Shown one piece after another: positions 40,466 to 49,896 of a stretch of DNA of 64,000 bases. The notes beneath the pieces were generated by a model. The model was not told the origin of the DNA. It saw only the letters and a list, made by a program, of their open reading frames with translations, and ran no database searches. The translations under genes and the position numbers were made by a program. Numbering within the stretch: the first letter of the stretch is position 1; every line of letters starts with the position of its first letter. The stretch spans positions 64,001 through 128,000 of the forward strand of contig RDNZ01000002.1 of the NCBI GenBank assembly GCA_011364905.1. The letters run 5' to 3'. This DNA comes from Candidatus Thorarchaeota archaeon (lineage in GTDB: Archaea > Asgardarchaeota > Thorarchaeia > Thorarchaeales > Thorarchaeaceae).

Positions 40466-40749
40466 TGATCAGGAAAATCCTGAAGATAATAATATCTAGA
40501 GGAATGCTTGACAAAAATCAAATTGCGCGCGAAGTGGGGATTCAAGTTGAAACTCTGGATGATATCATTCGACTGCTTGTGGAAAGAGGCTATCTCCGGA
40601 GGGAAATAAATGGATGTGAAATGGCATCTTCCTGTTCTGGATGCCACAATGCTTCAGGTTGCAACATGGTGACTCAGACAGGGCAAGTACTCTATGTAAC
40701 AGAGAAAGGCAAAACATACGCTTCGAAAAATGGAGGTGAAGATGAGTGA
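40462..40749 (+). CDS. FeoC-like winged-helix protein with Cys cluster
   Basis: wHTH (IAREVG...LVERGYL) with CxxxxxCxxCxxxxxC in the wing. RBS GGAGG and ATGA overlap. Confidence 0.78.
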   Translation: MMIRKILKIIISRGMLDKNQIAREVGIQVETLDDIIRLLVERGYLRREINGCEMASSCSGCHNASGCNMVTQTGQVLYVTEKGKTYASKNGGEDE

Positions 40750-41144
40750 ACTCACCAGAAACTGATGAAATTGAACTCACAAAAGCTCTTGAAATGTATG
40801 TCAAGGTGGCCTATGAGCTGGAAGAAGAGTTTGGAACTGCAACGGTTTCAGACATGGCTGAACGTCTTGGGGTCAAAGCTCCAAGTGTTACAGCAGCTCT
40901 TCAGAAATTGGACACAATTGGCATGGTCAAATATCGACGCTATCAAAACGTTAAGCTCACGAAGCTGGGAAAAACTGTTGCGAAAAAACTTCTCAACCGA
41001 AATAAAACACTGATGGACTTTCTTCTCATGATAGGGGTGGACAAAGAGATAGCAACAACTGATGCGTGTGAGATTGAGCATGTGGTGAATCCGCAAACAG
41101 TAGAGAAGCTTACTGAGTATTTAGAAAAACTTTCAAAGAATTGA
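40746..41144 (+). CDS. DtxR/MntR family metal-dependent repressor
   Basis: EMYVK, SDMAERLGVKAPSVT, LTKLG, DACEIEH. Confidence 0.9.
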   Translation: MNSPETDEIELTKALEMYVKVAYELEEEFGTATVSDMAERLGVKAPSVTAALQKLDTIGMVKYRRYQNVKLTKLGKTVAKKLLNRNKTLMDFLLMIGVDKEIATTDACEIEHVVNPQTVEKLTEYLEKLSKN

Positions 41145-41246
41145 AGATTCGATGTAGTCAAATGTTAAATGGGAATAGATTGTATATCTGAAATATAGTA
41201 CGCTATTGATATCCAAGGTCCCTAGGAATCGTGGGAGGCGACGCCT

Positions 41247-41816
41247 GTGAGTTCGCGACAAGAAGTGTATAGAATTCTTATAGCTGGTGATGAGGAGCTT
41301 GGATTCAGTTTCTGTGCAAAATCACTGGATAGAGATCTCATTGACCCAAGAACTGTAGCAAGAGAGTCATTAGAATCAGAATGGCCGAAGGATGAATGGA
41401 CCAAACACATTACTGTTTCTCATTATGGGCTGATTGCTACTCTTGAACTTGACCTAGAGCTGCATGGACCCTGGGTTTGGGAACTATATGAAACATTGGA
41501 ACCTCGAGATTATTTCAGAAGATTTGCAGGACTGGTGCTGTGTGCAAATCCTATGCGCGAAACTTTACCTTCAGAGCTATCGAATCTAATGGAAATGATT
41601 AATCTTCATGTCGGACAGCCCTTGCCCACAGCTATGGTGGTTGACCGTTCTAAGAAGCTTCTGAAGGGACAAACAGAAGCTCTTCGCAATATTGCCGAAA
41701 CCCTCAATGTACCAATTTTTTTCATACATCTAAAGACGGGAGAAAACATTGACAAGGCGCTCAAGAATGTGGCGACTCGCATTTTTGTAAAGGAACACTT
41801 CGTTCAGAGTGAGTGA
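41247..41816 (+). CDS. degenerate small GTPase-like protein (pseudo-GTPase)
   Basis: RILIAGDEELGFS at the G1 position, YFRRFAGLVL, and FIHLKTGENIDKAL (G5 plus last helix). Lacks GKT, DxxG and NKxD. Confidence 0.65.
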   Translation: MSSRQEVYRILIAGDEELGFSFCAKSLDRDLIDPRTVARESLESEWPKDEWTKHITVSHYGLIATLELDLELHGPWVWELYETLEPRDYFRRFAGLVLCANPMRETLPSELSNLMEMINLHVGQPLPTAMVVDRSKKLLKGQTEALRNIAETLNVPIFFIHLKTGENIDKALKNVATRIFVKEHFVQSE

Positions 41817-41835
41817 GAAGAACTCTTCTATGAAA

Positions 41836-44800
41836 CTAACCACCCCATTCTGTTGGTAATCCATCAATGGTTCCGCGAATTCGTCTACGCAGAGCAAAGC
41901 CGATTAAACCCAGGATTGGGACACCAGCCACGACCGGAGTTGTTCCAGCATCAAGAGGTATTTTGAGGGGAACTTGTGTTGACATGAACTGAAGCTCACT
42001 CTCAGCCATCATCGTTATTGGAAGACCGAGAATCCTTACTCTGATGGTGTATTGTCCTTCCATCTCCAATACGGTGTGTAACATCAAATCAACATTGGCA
42101 CCAATACTACTTGTCTTGTTCAGCAGTAAACTACCCTGCGGGTCATACAAGGCAATAGTCAAAGTCCCAGTCCAATCGGTATTCACACCTTGGATTGTAC
42201 TAAACAACTTCAGTGTACAGTTAGAATTCACATATGGCTCTGTTTGCAGATCAAGAGCGAAGCTTACCAAAGGTCTTACTTTCAGGTGTAAGTCTACTGC
42301 ACATGGGGCTAATGATTCAGTCCCCGCATAGTAGATTCTGACTACATACTCTCCTGCGAGTAATCCATCCAGTGTAGTGGATGCTATGCCCCTACTGTTT
42401 GTGACTACTATGCGTTCTAATACCACATCTTGTTTCAGAATGACAATTATCGAAACATCGGTCCCGCCAAGAGTCGACAAACTACTGGTAAGTGCCGCCT
42501 CAATCTGTACTGGGACTCCATAGTCCACAGGTTCTAAGGCATCTGTTGTAAACGTTGTCGGCCGTCGAGTGAGAATGGCCAACTCCCAAACTGTAGGCAA
42601 ACGCCATTCATCCCCAATGTATCTCACAACAAGGGTGTAGTTTCCCGTCCATGATGGTGTCCATGAGATTGTGGCAAGCCCATCAACCAATCCCACCGGT
42701 GTCATGTCGCCTAGGATTCCATAAATCTCGGTCCCATCAGGACGGTACAGACTAACCCAAAGAGTCATATCAGCCATGGTGTCATTCAGAGAGTCCGCAA
42801 GCCGGAATGTGACACTATGTTTCTGATTGATGATGCCAGATAGAATAGCTGTGACAGACTCAATCTTGCTTTGCGTGGTGACTTTGAGTGGGATTATCAA
42901 GACTGATCCTGTTCGGGAAGTCGATTCTATGATTGTTATGTTCAGTGTATAGTCTCCAACCTCAAGACCATAGAGACTGAGGTTCATTTCATCTTCAACA
43001 AACCATGATACTATGTCTACAAGACCACTGGAATTCGTCAGTGTGATTTCCACATTCAACTTTGCAGTGTCGAGTGTTGTCCCAAGCTCATCTATTACAC
43101 AGACTGTAAGATTATCCTCGCTCGCTCTATCTATCGACGCCGGTCCGTCAAGCACAATGGTGCTAGTTCCTTTCACTGATATTTCCAATGCAGCATTAGA
43201 TGAGTGATAGTGGTCAGATCCAGCAAAGGAAAAGATGACAGTGTAATTTCCTCCCCGCAAGAGTAGTATTACAACTACCTCTGGCTCTACACCCGGTTGA
43301 ATGAAACTGCCACTCACCACTAGTCCCTGTAGGTTGTGGTGTGCTTCCCATTGGATTGTCCTTCCTTCAAGTGGAGTACCTCCTGAGTCTACAAGCAACA
43401 CTGTAACATTCAGCGGCACTAGACCAGCGATTATGTCCGCATCATTCTGAAGTTCAAGGATGACCGATGTTCCGTAGGTGGAGTGCGCCACCATAGAGTC
43501 ACTGTCTGGAAGATAGGTCGCAAGCCCAAAGAAGTCAGCTCGGACTGTCCAGTAACCTTGTTCATCTATCACGATATTCCATGATATGTATCCAGACTCA
43601 TTGGTCACCTGACTGACTGATCCAAGGTTGCGAGCTCCATCCACAGACAAATTAACACTCATCCCTACCAACGGATTGCCATAGACATTGTCCAGTCGAG
43701 CTGCAACAGTCAGTGTGTCGCCCACCTCAATGTTTGCATTCTCGATGCTCAGTATGAGAGTTGTTGGGCAGTAGACTGTATGGGTGTCAGGTCCAGTCTC
43801 AGTGAAACCATGTACAGATGTTGCTCCTGTGGAAGACACGCCTACCCGGTACGCGCCCCACTGGGTAGGAGTGAACTCTACATGTGCATAGCCATCAATT
43901 GTATCGCGGTTCAACGAGAAGAGTAGATTGAGGTAGATATCATAGACATAGATTCTCACGCGCAGTCCATCAATAGCAAGACCTAGATCATCTGTGACCG
44001 ACACTGTGACGCTAGTCTGCTGCCCGACACATGGCGGCTCGGGAGATAGATCAGTCACCACATGAGCATAAGTCATGACTGTGAGGTCAATTTGTCTGTC
44101 CCCACCTAGCATGAACTGGTCCTCTGCAGGGGCTGCAGTGACTATAAGCAGCCCATGCGCATCATCAGCAAGATAAACTACACTGGCTATCCCTGATCCA
44201 TCAGTGAGAATGTGTTCTGTCCAAATAGGTACGAGATCCATGCCTAGCACTTGGAAAACAATGTCTACTCCGGATACCACCGAAGTGGATGAGAGGGTGT
44301 AAGTCAGAGTGACAGAACCAAACAGGTCTATCTGAGAAGTATTCAGTCCCAGTATCCCATTCACGACTTCCATGACTGACATAGAGGATTCAGTGGAGTT
44401 ACCCTGATAGTAGGTGTCCGCAACATGCGTCAGTGAAATCATTGCAAGTCCACGATTTACTGGGCTCCAATAAATAGCAACGAGACCGTTCACAGAACTG
44501 ACTTGTGTCTGGAGAATAGTGTTTCCATCCATTTCGATGAGAAATGAAAGCAGCTTCCCTCCAATGTAATGCCCAAAATTGTCTTGGATCCCGACTAGGA
44601 ATTCTGCAGAATCTCCGACATTGACGGTAGGACCATGGGTGAGTATCATTGTGGGAGTGACGACGACTCGCTGTATCACTGAGTCACTGACAGATGCGTT
44701 CAAACCAAAGCCCGTATAGAGTGCTCTCACCCAGAAATCTCCAATGAGGACGAACTGGTGAGATGTCGAACATGTGCCATCTAGACCAGTATAGACTATA

Positions 44801-47800
44801 GTGGAACTTATCTCAGTCCCATTGTACCATGAAACATCTATCTCCACTGGCGTTCCTCTTAGTGGTGCGCCTGTCCAGTCCAACACAAGCGCATTAATGC
44901 CCAGTGTTGTTCCCTGACTCACTGGTTGTCCAGGGAGGCTGAGAAGTAGAGTGGTTCTACCTAGAGCCAACGTCTGTGACTGATTGTTGATTCCAAGTAG
45001 CCATCCCTGTGCGGGGACAGACACTATTACTATGAGGTTTCCTGGCGAGTCGATGCTCAGCACAAAGTCAACCAAACCTTCCCCTGTTGTAGTATTCATC
45101 GAATCAAGAATTGTGATTCCATCCAGTGTAACAAGAGTGTTTATAGAAGCACCTGAGATAGCCTGGGAGTTGGAATCCTCAATTGAGACCGTTAGTGTTG
45201 TTGAGCCTGGGGCAATTGGATCTTGTCCCATCTGGATTAGGACAGTTGGTTTCTCGTATACATCCACAGTCCCATTGGAGTCACTCGCCACGAGGACTCC
45301 ATTCCTCTCGAAATGAAGATTGAAGGTGTACTGACCTCTGCTGATTGGAGTCCAGCTGAAGTAACTAAGACCATCAACAGACATCATCGTATCTGTGTGA
45401 ATGATGCTCATCCCCTCATCCCAGATGGTAAGGATGACCGCCTGTCCTGCGATGGCTGATCCATTGGACTTCAAAAGAAGTGAAAAGGGAATCAAGCTCT
45501 CATTCCCGACTCCTCCAACCAGTGTAGAAGTTGATGAGATTTGAGTATCAACTGGTTGTGCGATGGATACCGTCTGCCAGACTACGAGATTGTCGAAACC
45601 ACTCTTGTGCATAGTGACGATGAGGTTGTAGGGGCCAGCACCCAAATCATCGGTTGGTAGTGAGAAGTCATAAGGGCTTTCAGCAGTGGAGGCCAAGTCA
45701 TTGAACCAAGAGCCATTAGACAAACGGATGTTAATATCAGTGGCTCCTACTAATCCTCCTCCAGACAAAGTCCATGACACAGTTCCAGAGATGAGGTCGC
45801 CCCTGACAACATTCGGAGTTTGCAGTATGAGATCACCTTCTATAGAACCGTGCACATCAATCGAACCCCCATCAAAAGCCCGTATGGCACCCAGATCCCA
45901 GACCATAACGGAAACATCCTGAATCCCTATTGCATTCACATCTGACAGAATAACAATGGACAACATATCTGAATTTGCAATGTCTTCGAACAGGATCCAT
46001 GAGTCAAAGGCTCGAACATAAACAGAGTGTGTTGTTCGTTCCGAGTTGATTGAAACAGCGATATCTAGTGAGTCCCCGAGCTGCGCAGTGGAGGGTATCG
46101 AGATGGTGAGAGAGCAACCTTCTACCGGGACCATTTGAGGCCGAAGACCAAGAACGGACACCATGTCCAGTACTCCTGCTGTGTAGACGGGTTGCCAAAT
46201 GGTTGACGAGTTGAACCAACCTTCTGTAAAATGAGTTCCAAGTGCTCCAAGGACCGAGCTCCGATTAACTGCATGCAAGCCTACAGGAAATGTGGTATTC
46301 AAGAGAGCAAGTGTCTTGATATCCCAGCTAAGGGCCCAAAGATCAGTATACTGCAAACGTGAGTTGATTGCGTTGGCAATCTCATTTGCCATAACAGGCG
46401 TAACGAGATCAAGTCTCAAAGCTGCACGGGTGCACAAGAAATCTATGGCGGATTGTACTCCTGCAAAAGGTGCAAGGTCCCAACCTGCCGCGTTCCATCT
46501 TCCTGAGGAGTAGAGAGAGAGTACCGAAGACTCCAACGCAGACCGATACCACATCGTATCAAGCTCATCTAACTGGTATAATGCTTCCACCGCTGCCACT
46601 GTGTATTGCATGTGTTGTGTGCCCATGACAGAGGGACGATACTGACCTCCAGTGTCCTGTCTGAGTGAAAGATATAGGGTGATATATGAAACCTGACTCG
46701 GGGAGAGAACTATCTCATTATCGCCTGCAAGACAGGATCCAAAGTACTGTGCCCACACACCAGTGAGATAATACTGTTGATTATCATACTCGGGAGCACC
46801 CAGAACTGTGAGGTTTGATTGACCGGGATATTGAGTCAATGCGGTTCCTGTGAATCTACTAAGATAGTCGTCCAGTAAATAGTAATCCGGTTTACCAGAA
46901 TGAGCCAAACGATTTACCTCGGCTAACCAATAGGACCACATGAGTGAAGGTATTTCTTCCATAGCCTCAAAACCAGCATGACTCTGGATTCCGTTAATGT
47001 AAGCGAGGACTCCACTTGCCAATGGACTTGTTGTTTCTCCTAGCTCTTTCAGACTCGTAGCTACTTCGGTTGCAGCCCAGGTTTTACCGACAATGTCTTG
47101 TGAGGATTCACCCATGCCGAAACCTCCAGAGGGTAGTTGATTTGCAGTGAGCCAGTTCAGCCCTCCAGTTTTGTTTGATGCTGTTAGAGTCCCTAGGATT
47201 GACATGGTCGTAAGGGCAGAGGAAGTCCCTCTAGTGACATACATGTCAGCACTGACTGTATCTCTAAAAGAACCATCGCCGTTAGATGTGTCCTGAATCC
47301 ACTCGGTTAGCTTAAGTGGATCAGTGTGGGCTTTCCCCAACATCCAGAGAGATTGAACATATTGAGAAGAATAGATGTTTCGTGCCTCTCCAGTTGTAGG
47401 ATTTTTGGCTACTCCCCCCCAGTTATCAGGCGTTCCTGTACTTCCATCCACGACGCAAGACCTGAGCCAAGACTCCAGGGAGACCCTATTGATTTGATTG
47501 AGGCCTCCGCTCTCATAAAGGGATTCGGTCACGTGATAGGTCACTGTCATATGATTTGAAAATCCACCTTCAGAATCTTGCTGTGAACTTAGCCAAGCAG
47601 AGAGCTTGGTAACACTGAACTGTGATTCCAGACTCATCACTGAGGTGAGCCAGAGACCCATTGCAGTGGAGTCCTCAGAAATTACTCCGTCGTAGATTGA
47701 CTCGGTAAAACCGGCCTCTGATCCTGAATCCACATAGAGGTTCTGGAGAACAGACTGAACGAGTAATTGATTGTCATACTGCCAACCGCTAAAAGTTCCA

Positions 47801-48699
47801 GTATCCAGCAAGTCGCGGACTGCGTGTACTGCCAGATATGTGCTTGATATGCTCGGAGTATGAGAATAGTGCAGCCCTCCAGCCAGCGTCAGTCCCTGCT
47901 TAGACTGTTTTGCCTGCAAGAGACTTGCAAGAGAGGTTTCTCGCAATGCGGTACAGTATGCAAGTGTGTTCACAAGGAGACCCTTCCCATCCCCTGTCCA
48001 CTGAGCAGGGTCTTCTGGGCCAAATAGGAACACATCGAGAGGCCAAGAATCATAACGCAATGGAGAGAGAGCTGCGGGTGTGGTGGTTCCCGTGAGATCT
48101 ATCAACCGAGACCGTTCAGCCTGCACTTCATCCACGGGCAGATTCAAGCCGCTCTCCATGGTGAGGAGCGAACCAGGGGTGAGGCTTATCGGTTGAGAGA
48201 GGAAGACTGCTTCTTCGTACTCGGGTGTAGTCTGCAGATGAGTACTAAGGCTTGCAGTCGATTCGGGTGGACTGGTCTGTCTTAGTCTATAAATGAGCCA
48301 TGCGGCTCGACCGACCAATATAGTGGGAAGGTCCAGTCGGACCAGAAGAGTGATGAACTCATCGCTCACTGCGGCTCCATCGTTGGACCCGCAACTGGCA
48401 TCTACTATGAGAGCTTGTGCCTCATCGAGAAGAGAGGAGTTAGCCAGGATCTCGCTTACATTGTACTTTGCATGTGGAACATTATTATCACTGAGCAACG
48501 ATGAGAGAGAAGAACCTCGTGGAACAATAGATGCTCCAGTGAGTTCAATGATGATATACAAACCCAGAGAAGTCGGAGTTCCCGCACTTGAAGAAGGCAT
48601 CATTGGTTTATTCAAAGTGACATCGTCATTCGTCACATCTGACACCCCAGAGATTGCCGGACTGCACATGACCCAGATCATGATAATGATAACAAACAA
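41836..48699 (-). CDS. 2287-aa surface protein: prenyltransferase/squalene-oxidase-like repeats plus multiple Ig-like repeats plus C-terminal TM anchor
   Basis: Signal peptide; repeats WLSSQQDSEGGF, WIQDTSNGDGSF, WLTANQLPSGGFG, LRQDTGGQY; then about 100-aa beta units (DxxGxPxxG...TDxxG...GxYxxxxxYxG); terminal TM plus RRR. Confidence 0.8.
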   Translation of the reverse strand: MFVIIIMIWVMCSPAISGVSDVTNDDVTLNKPMMPSSSAGTPTSLGLYIIIELTGASIVPRGSSLSSLLSDNNVPHAKYNVSEILANSSLLDEAQALIVDASCGSNDGAAVSDEFITLLVRLDLPTILVGRAAWLIYRLRQTSPPESTASLSTHLQTTPEYEEAVFLSQPISLTPGSLLTMESGLNLPVDEVQAERSRLIDLTGTTTPAALSPLRYDSWPLDVFLFGPEDPAQWTGDGKGLLVNTLAYCTALRETSLASLLQAKQSKQGLTLAGGLHYSHTPSISSTYLAVHAVRDLLDTGTFSGWQYDNQLLVQSVLQNLYVDSGSEAGFTESIYDGVISEDSTAMGLWLTSVMSLESQFSVTKLSAWLSSQQDSEGGFSNHMTVTYHVTESLYESGGLNQINRVSLESWLRSCVVDGSTGTPDNWGGVAKNPTTGEARNIYSSQYVQSLWMLGKAHTDPLKLTEWIQDTSNGDGSFRDTVSADMYVTRGTSSALTTMSILGTLTASNKTGGLNWLTANQLPSGGFGMGESSQDIVGKTWAATEVATSLKELGETTSPLASGVLAYINGIQSHAGFEAMEEIPSLMWSYWLAEVNRLAHSGKPDYYLLDDYLSRFTGTALTQYPGQSNLTVLGAPEYDNQQYYLTGVWAQYFGSCLAGDNEIVLSPSQVSYITLYLSLRQDTGGQYRPSVMGTQHMQYTVAAVEALYQLDELDTMWYRSALESSVLSLYSSGRWNAAGWDLAPFAGVQSAIDFLCTRAALRLDLVTPVMANEIANAINSRLQYTDLWALSWDIKTLALLNTTFPVGLHAVNRSSVLGALGTHFTEGWFNSSTIWQPVYTAGVLDMVSVLGLRPQMVPVEGCSLTISIPSTAQLGDSLDIAVSINSERTTHSVYVRAFDSWILFEDIANSDMLSIVILSDVNAIGIQDVSVMVWDLGAIRAFDGGSIDVHGSIEGDLILQTPNVVRGDLISGTVSWTLSGGGLVGATDINIRLSNGSWFNDLASTAESPYDFSLPTDDLGAGPYNLIVTMHKSGFDNLVVWQTVSIAQPVDTQISSTSTLVGGVGNESLIPFSLLLKSNGSAIAGQAVILTIWDEGMSIIHTDTMMSVDGLSYFSWTPISRGQYTFNLHFERNGVLVASDSNGTVDVYEKPTVLIQMGQDPIAPGSTTLTVSIEDSNSQAISGASINTLVTLDGITILDSMNTTTGEGLVDFVLSIDSPGNLIVIVSVPAQGWLLGINNQSQTLALGRTTLLLSLPGQPVSQGTTLGINALVLDWTGAPLRGTPVEIDVSWYNGTEISSTIVYTGLDGTCSTSHQFVLIGDFWVRALYTGFGLNASVSDSVIQRVVVTPTMILTHGPTVNVGDSAEFLVGIQDNFGHYIGGKLLSFLIEMDGNTILQTQVSSVNGLVAIYWSPVNRGLAMISLTHVADTYYQGNSTESSMSVMEVVNGILGLNTSQIDLFGSVTLTYTLSSTSVVSGVDIVFQVLGMDLVPIWTEHILTDGSGIASVVYLADDAHGLLIVTAAPAEDQFMLGGDRQIDLTVMTYAHVVTDLSPEPPCVGQQTSVTVSVTDDLGLAIDGLRVRIYVYDIYLNLLFSLNRDTIDGYAHVEFTPTQWGAYRVGVSSTGATSVHGFTETGPDTHTVYCPTTLILSIENANIEVGDTLTVAARLDNVYGNPLVGMSVNLSVDGARNLGSVSQVTNESGYISWNIVIDEQGYWTVRADFFGLATYLPDSDSMVAHSTYGTSVILELQNDADIIAGLVPLNVTVLLVDSGGTPLEGRTIQWEAHHNLQGLVVSGSFIQPGVEPEVVVILLLRGGNYTVIFSFAGSDHYHSSNAALEISVKGTSTIVLDGPASIDRASEDNLTVCVIDELGTTLDTAKLNVEITLTNSSGLVDIVSWFVEDEMNLSLYGLEVGDYTLNITIIESTSRTGSVLIIPLKVTTQSKIESVTAILSGIINQKHSVTFRLADSLNDTMADMTLWVSLYRPDGTEIYGILGDMTPVGLVDGLATISWTPSWTGNYTLVVRYIGDEWRLPTVWELAILTRRPTTFTTDALEPVDYGVPVQIEAALTSSLSTLGGTDVSIIVILKQDVVLERIVVTNSRGIASTTLDGLLAGEYVVRIYYAGTESLAPCAVDLHLKVRPLVSFALDLQTEPYVNSNCTLKLFSTIQGVNTDWTGTLTIALYDPQGSLLLNKTSSIGANVDLMLHTVLEMEGQYTIRVRILGLPITMMAESELQFMSTQVPLKIPLDAGTTPVVAGVPILGLIGFALRRRIRGTIDGLPTEWGG

Positions 48700-48710
48700 T
48701 CCTTTGGTCC

Positions 48711-48950
48711 TCAGCTCAAATCCCTCCAGTGGTTTTTACGGGATGTAAGGAGCATCTTCGATGTCACGTTCGAGTCCAATGGTTCATAGACCAATTCCTC
48801 AGCAGGGTGCTCAGGCTCGGACTTAATATGAGTAGAGAGGGATAGATGACTCTGAGAAGAGAGATTGGATTTGAGGGTGGGAGAAAGAAGAGCCACGCAA
48901 TCTATCCGAGCCTGAACCTGATTCTCCTTTTCACTATTATACAAATTCAT
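48711..48950 (-). CDS. small hypothetical protein
   Basis: ATGA overlap with the upstream gene and it fills the gap to the giant gene. No motif. Confidence 0.35.
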   Translation of the reverse strand: MNLYNSEKENQVQARIDCVALLSPTLKSNLSSQSHLSLSTHIKSEPEHPAEELVYEPLDSNVTSKMLLTSRKNHWRDLS

Positions 48951-49546
48951 GCACCTCCACCCGCATACATAGTATAGTAAATGAAACCAAGAATCATAAT
49001 GAATCCAATGAACTCAATAGCGCCGCTTCGAGGCTTATTCTTCAAGGCAGCCACTACAAGAGAGAGGTCTCCGGACCGCAAGGAGCAGTTGAAAAGAATC
49101 CCGAGAGCCACCCACCAGAATACGAAAATCCAGAGTGGTTCCACATAGATCATTACGGGTAAGACTATCAAAGCAAATGCTGCAAAGACTGCAGCCACAA
49201 CGTTCAGAAACAGGACAATGAGTACAATGCCTACTCTAGGTGGTCTGTCGACCTTGAGGAATACATTGATCTCGCCATAGGTTGATGAACTTCCAACATC
49301 TTCGACATCAACCCTGAATCCCTTGGCAATAAGAAATCGTATCCCCATATAAGCGAGGGTTCCCGGAAGGAAGACAATAGTAAGAAACGTCATGAGCTTG
49401 TTTCTTGTCCAGTCCTCGAACTCGCGTTTCTGCCCAGACAACAACAGTAGGCCTCTCAGGATTGTGGCTCCAATGATTACATAGGGAGTCACACTGAATG
49501 AGAAGAACAGATTGGCAAGCATCAACGTTCCAATGTCAGATTGCAC
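48947..49546 (-). CDS. membrane protein, possible inactive M50/DUF3267-like metallopeptidase
   Basis: About 5 TM. FLPGTLAYMGIR occupies the usual PGxxxHExxH position, and there is a later S-x-D (LRSGDL). Confidence 0.55.
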   Translation of the reverse strand: MQSDIGTLMLANLFFSFSVTPYVIIGATILRGLLLLSGQKREFEDWTRNKLMTFLTIVFLPGTLAYMGIRFLIAKGFRVDVEDVGSSSTYGEINVFLKVDRPPRVGIVLIVLFLNVVAAVFAAFALIVLPVMIYVEPLWIFVFWWVALGILFNCSLRSGDLSLVVAALKNKPRSGAIEFIGFIMILGFIYYTMYAGGGA

Positions 49547-49896
49547 TCTTCGAGATCCTTCCTCCCATTATGACTGTTGCCTATTCCATCGTGGCAGTTT
49601 GAGTCTTTCATGGTAGGTATGTAAATGCACAGAGTATTCCTAAGCTTTCAGGACAGGCTATTTGAAGAACGATAAATAAGAAAGTAGGAAAATCTAAACA
49701 ATAATATTCTCCCGTCTTTTTTAGAAGTTTTTGATTTCTATTTTTCGCGAATAAAGCACCCATATCGCTTATCTACTATAGGCTTGGGTCCAAAAGTGCA
49801 ACAAAGACGTGCTCCTTTGGCTCAATTCTTCTTTGGATATGAATACAGGTTCGCAAACCTTCGATGTGTCTATAGGTAACCAAACGTCACTCTTCA

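Noticed and set aside
41836-48699. Alpha-2-macroglobulin/thioester protein, or integrin ligand (VVRGDL)
   Set aside because: No CGEQ thioester motif and the domain order differs. One RGD in 2287 aa is expected by chance.
49550-49896. AT-rich intergenic region as replication origin or ncRNA
   Set aside because: No ORB-like repeats, no adjacent cdc6/orc1 and no tRNA-like fold. Terminator plus promoter sequence explains it.
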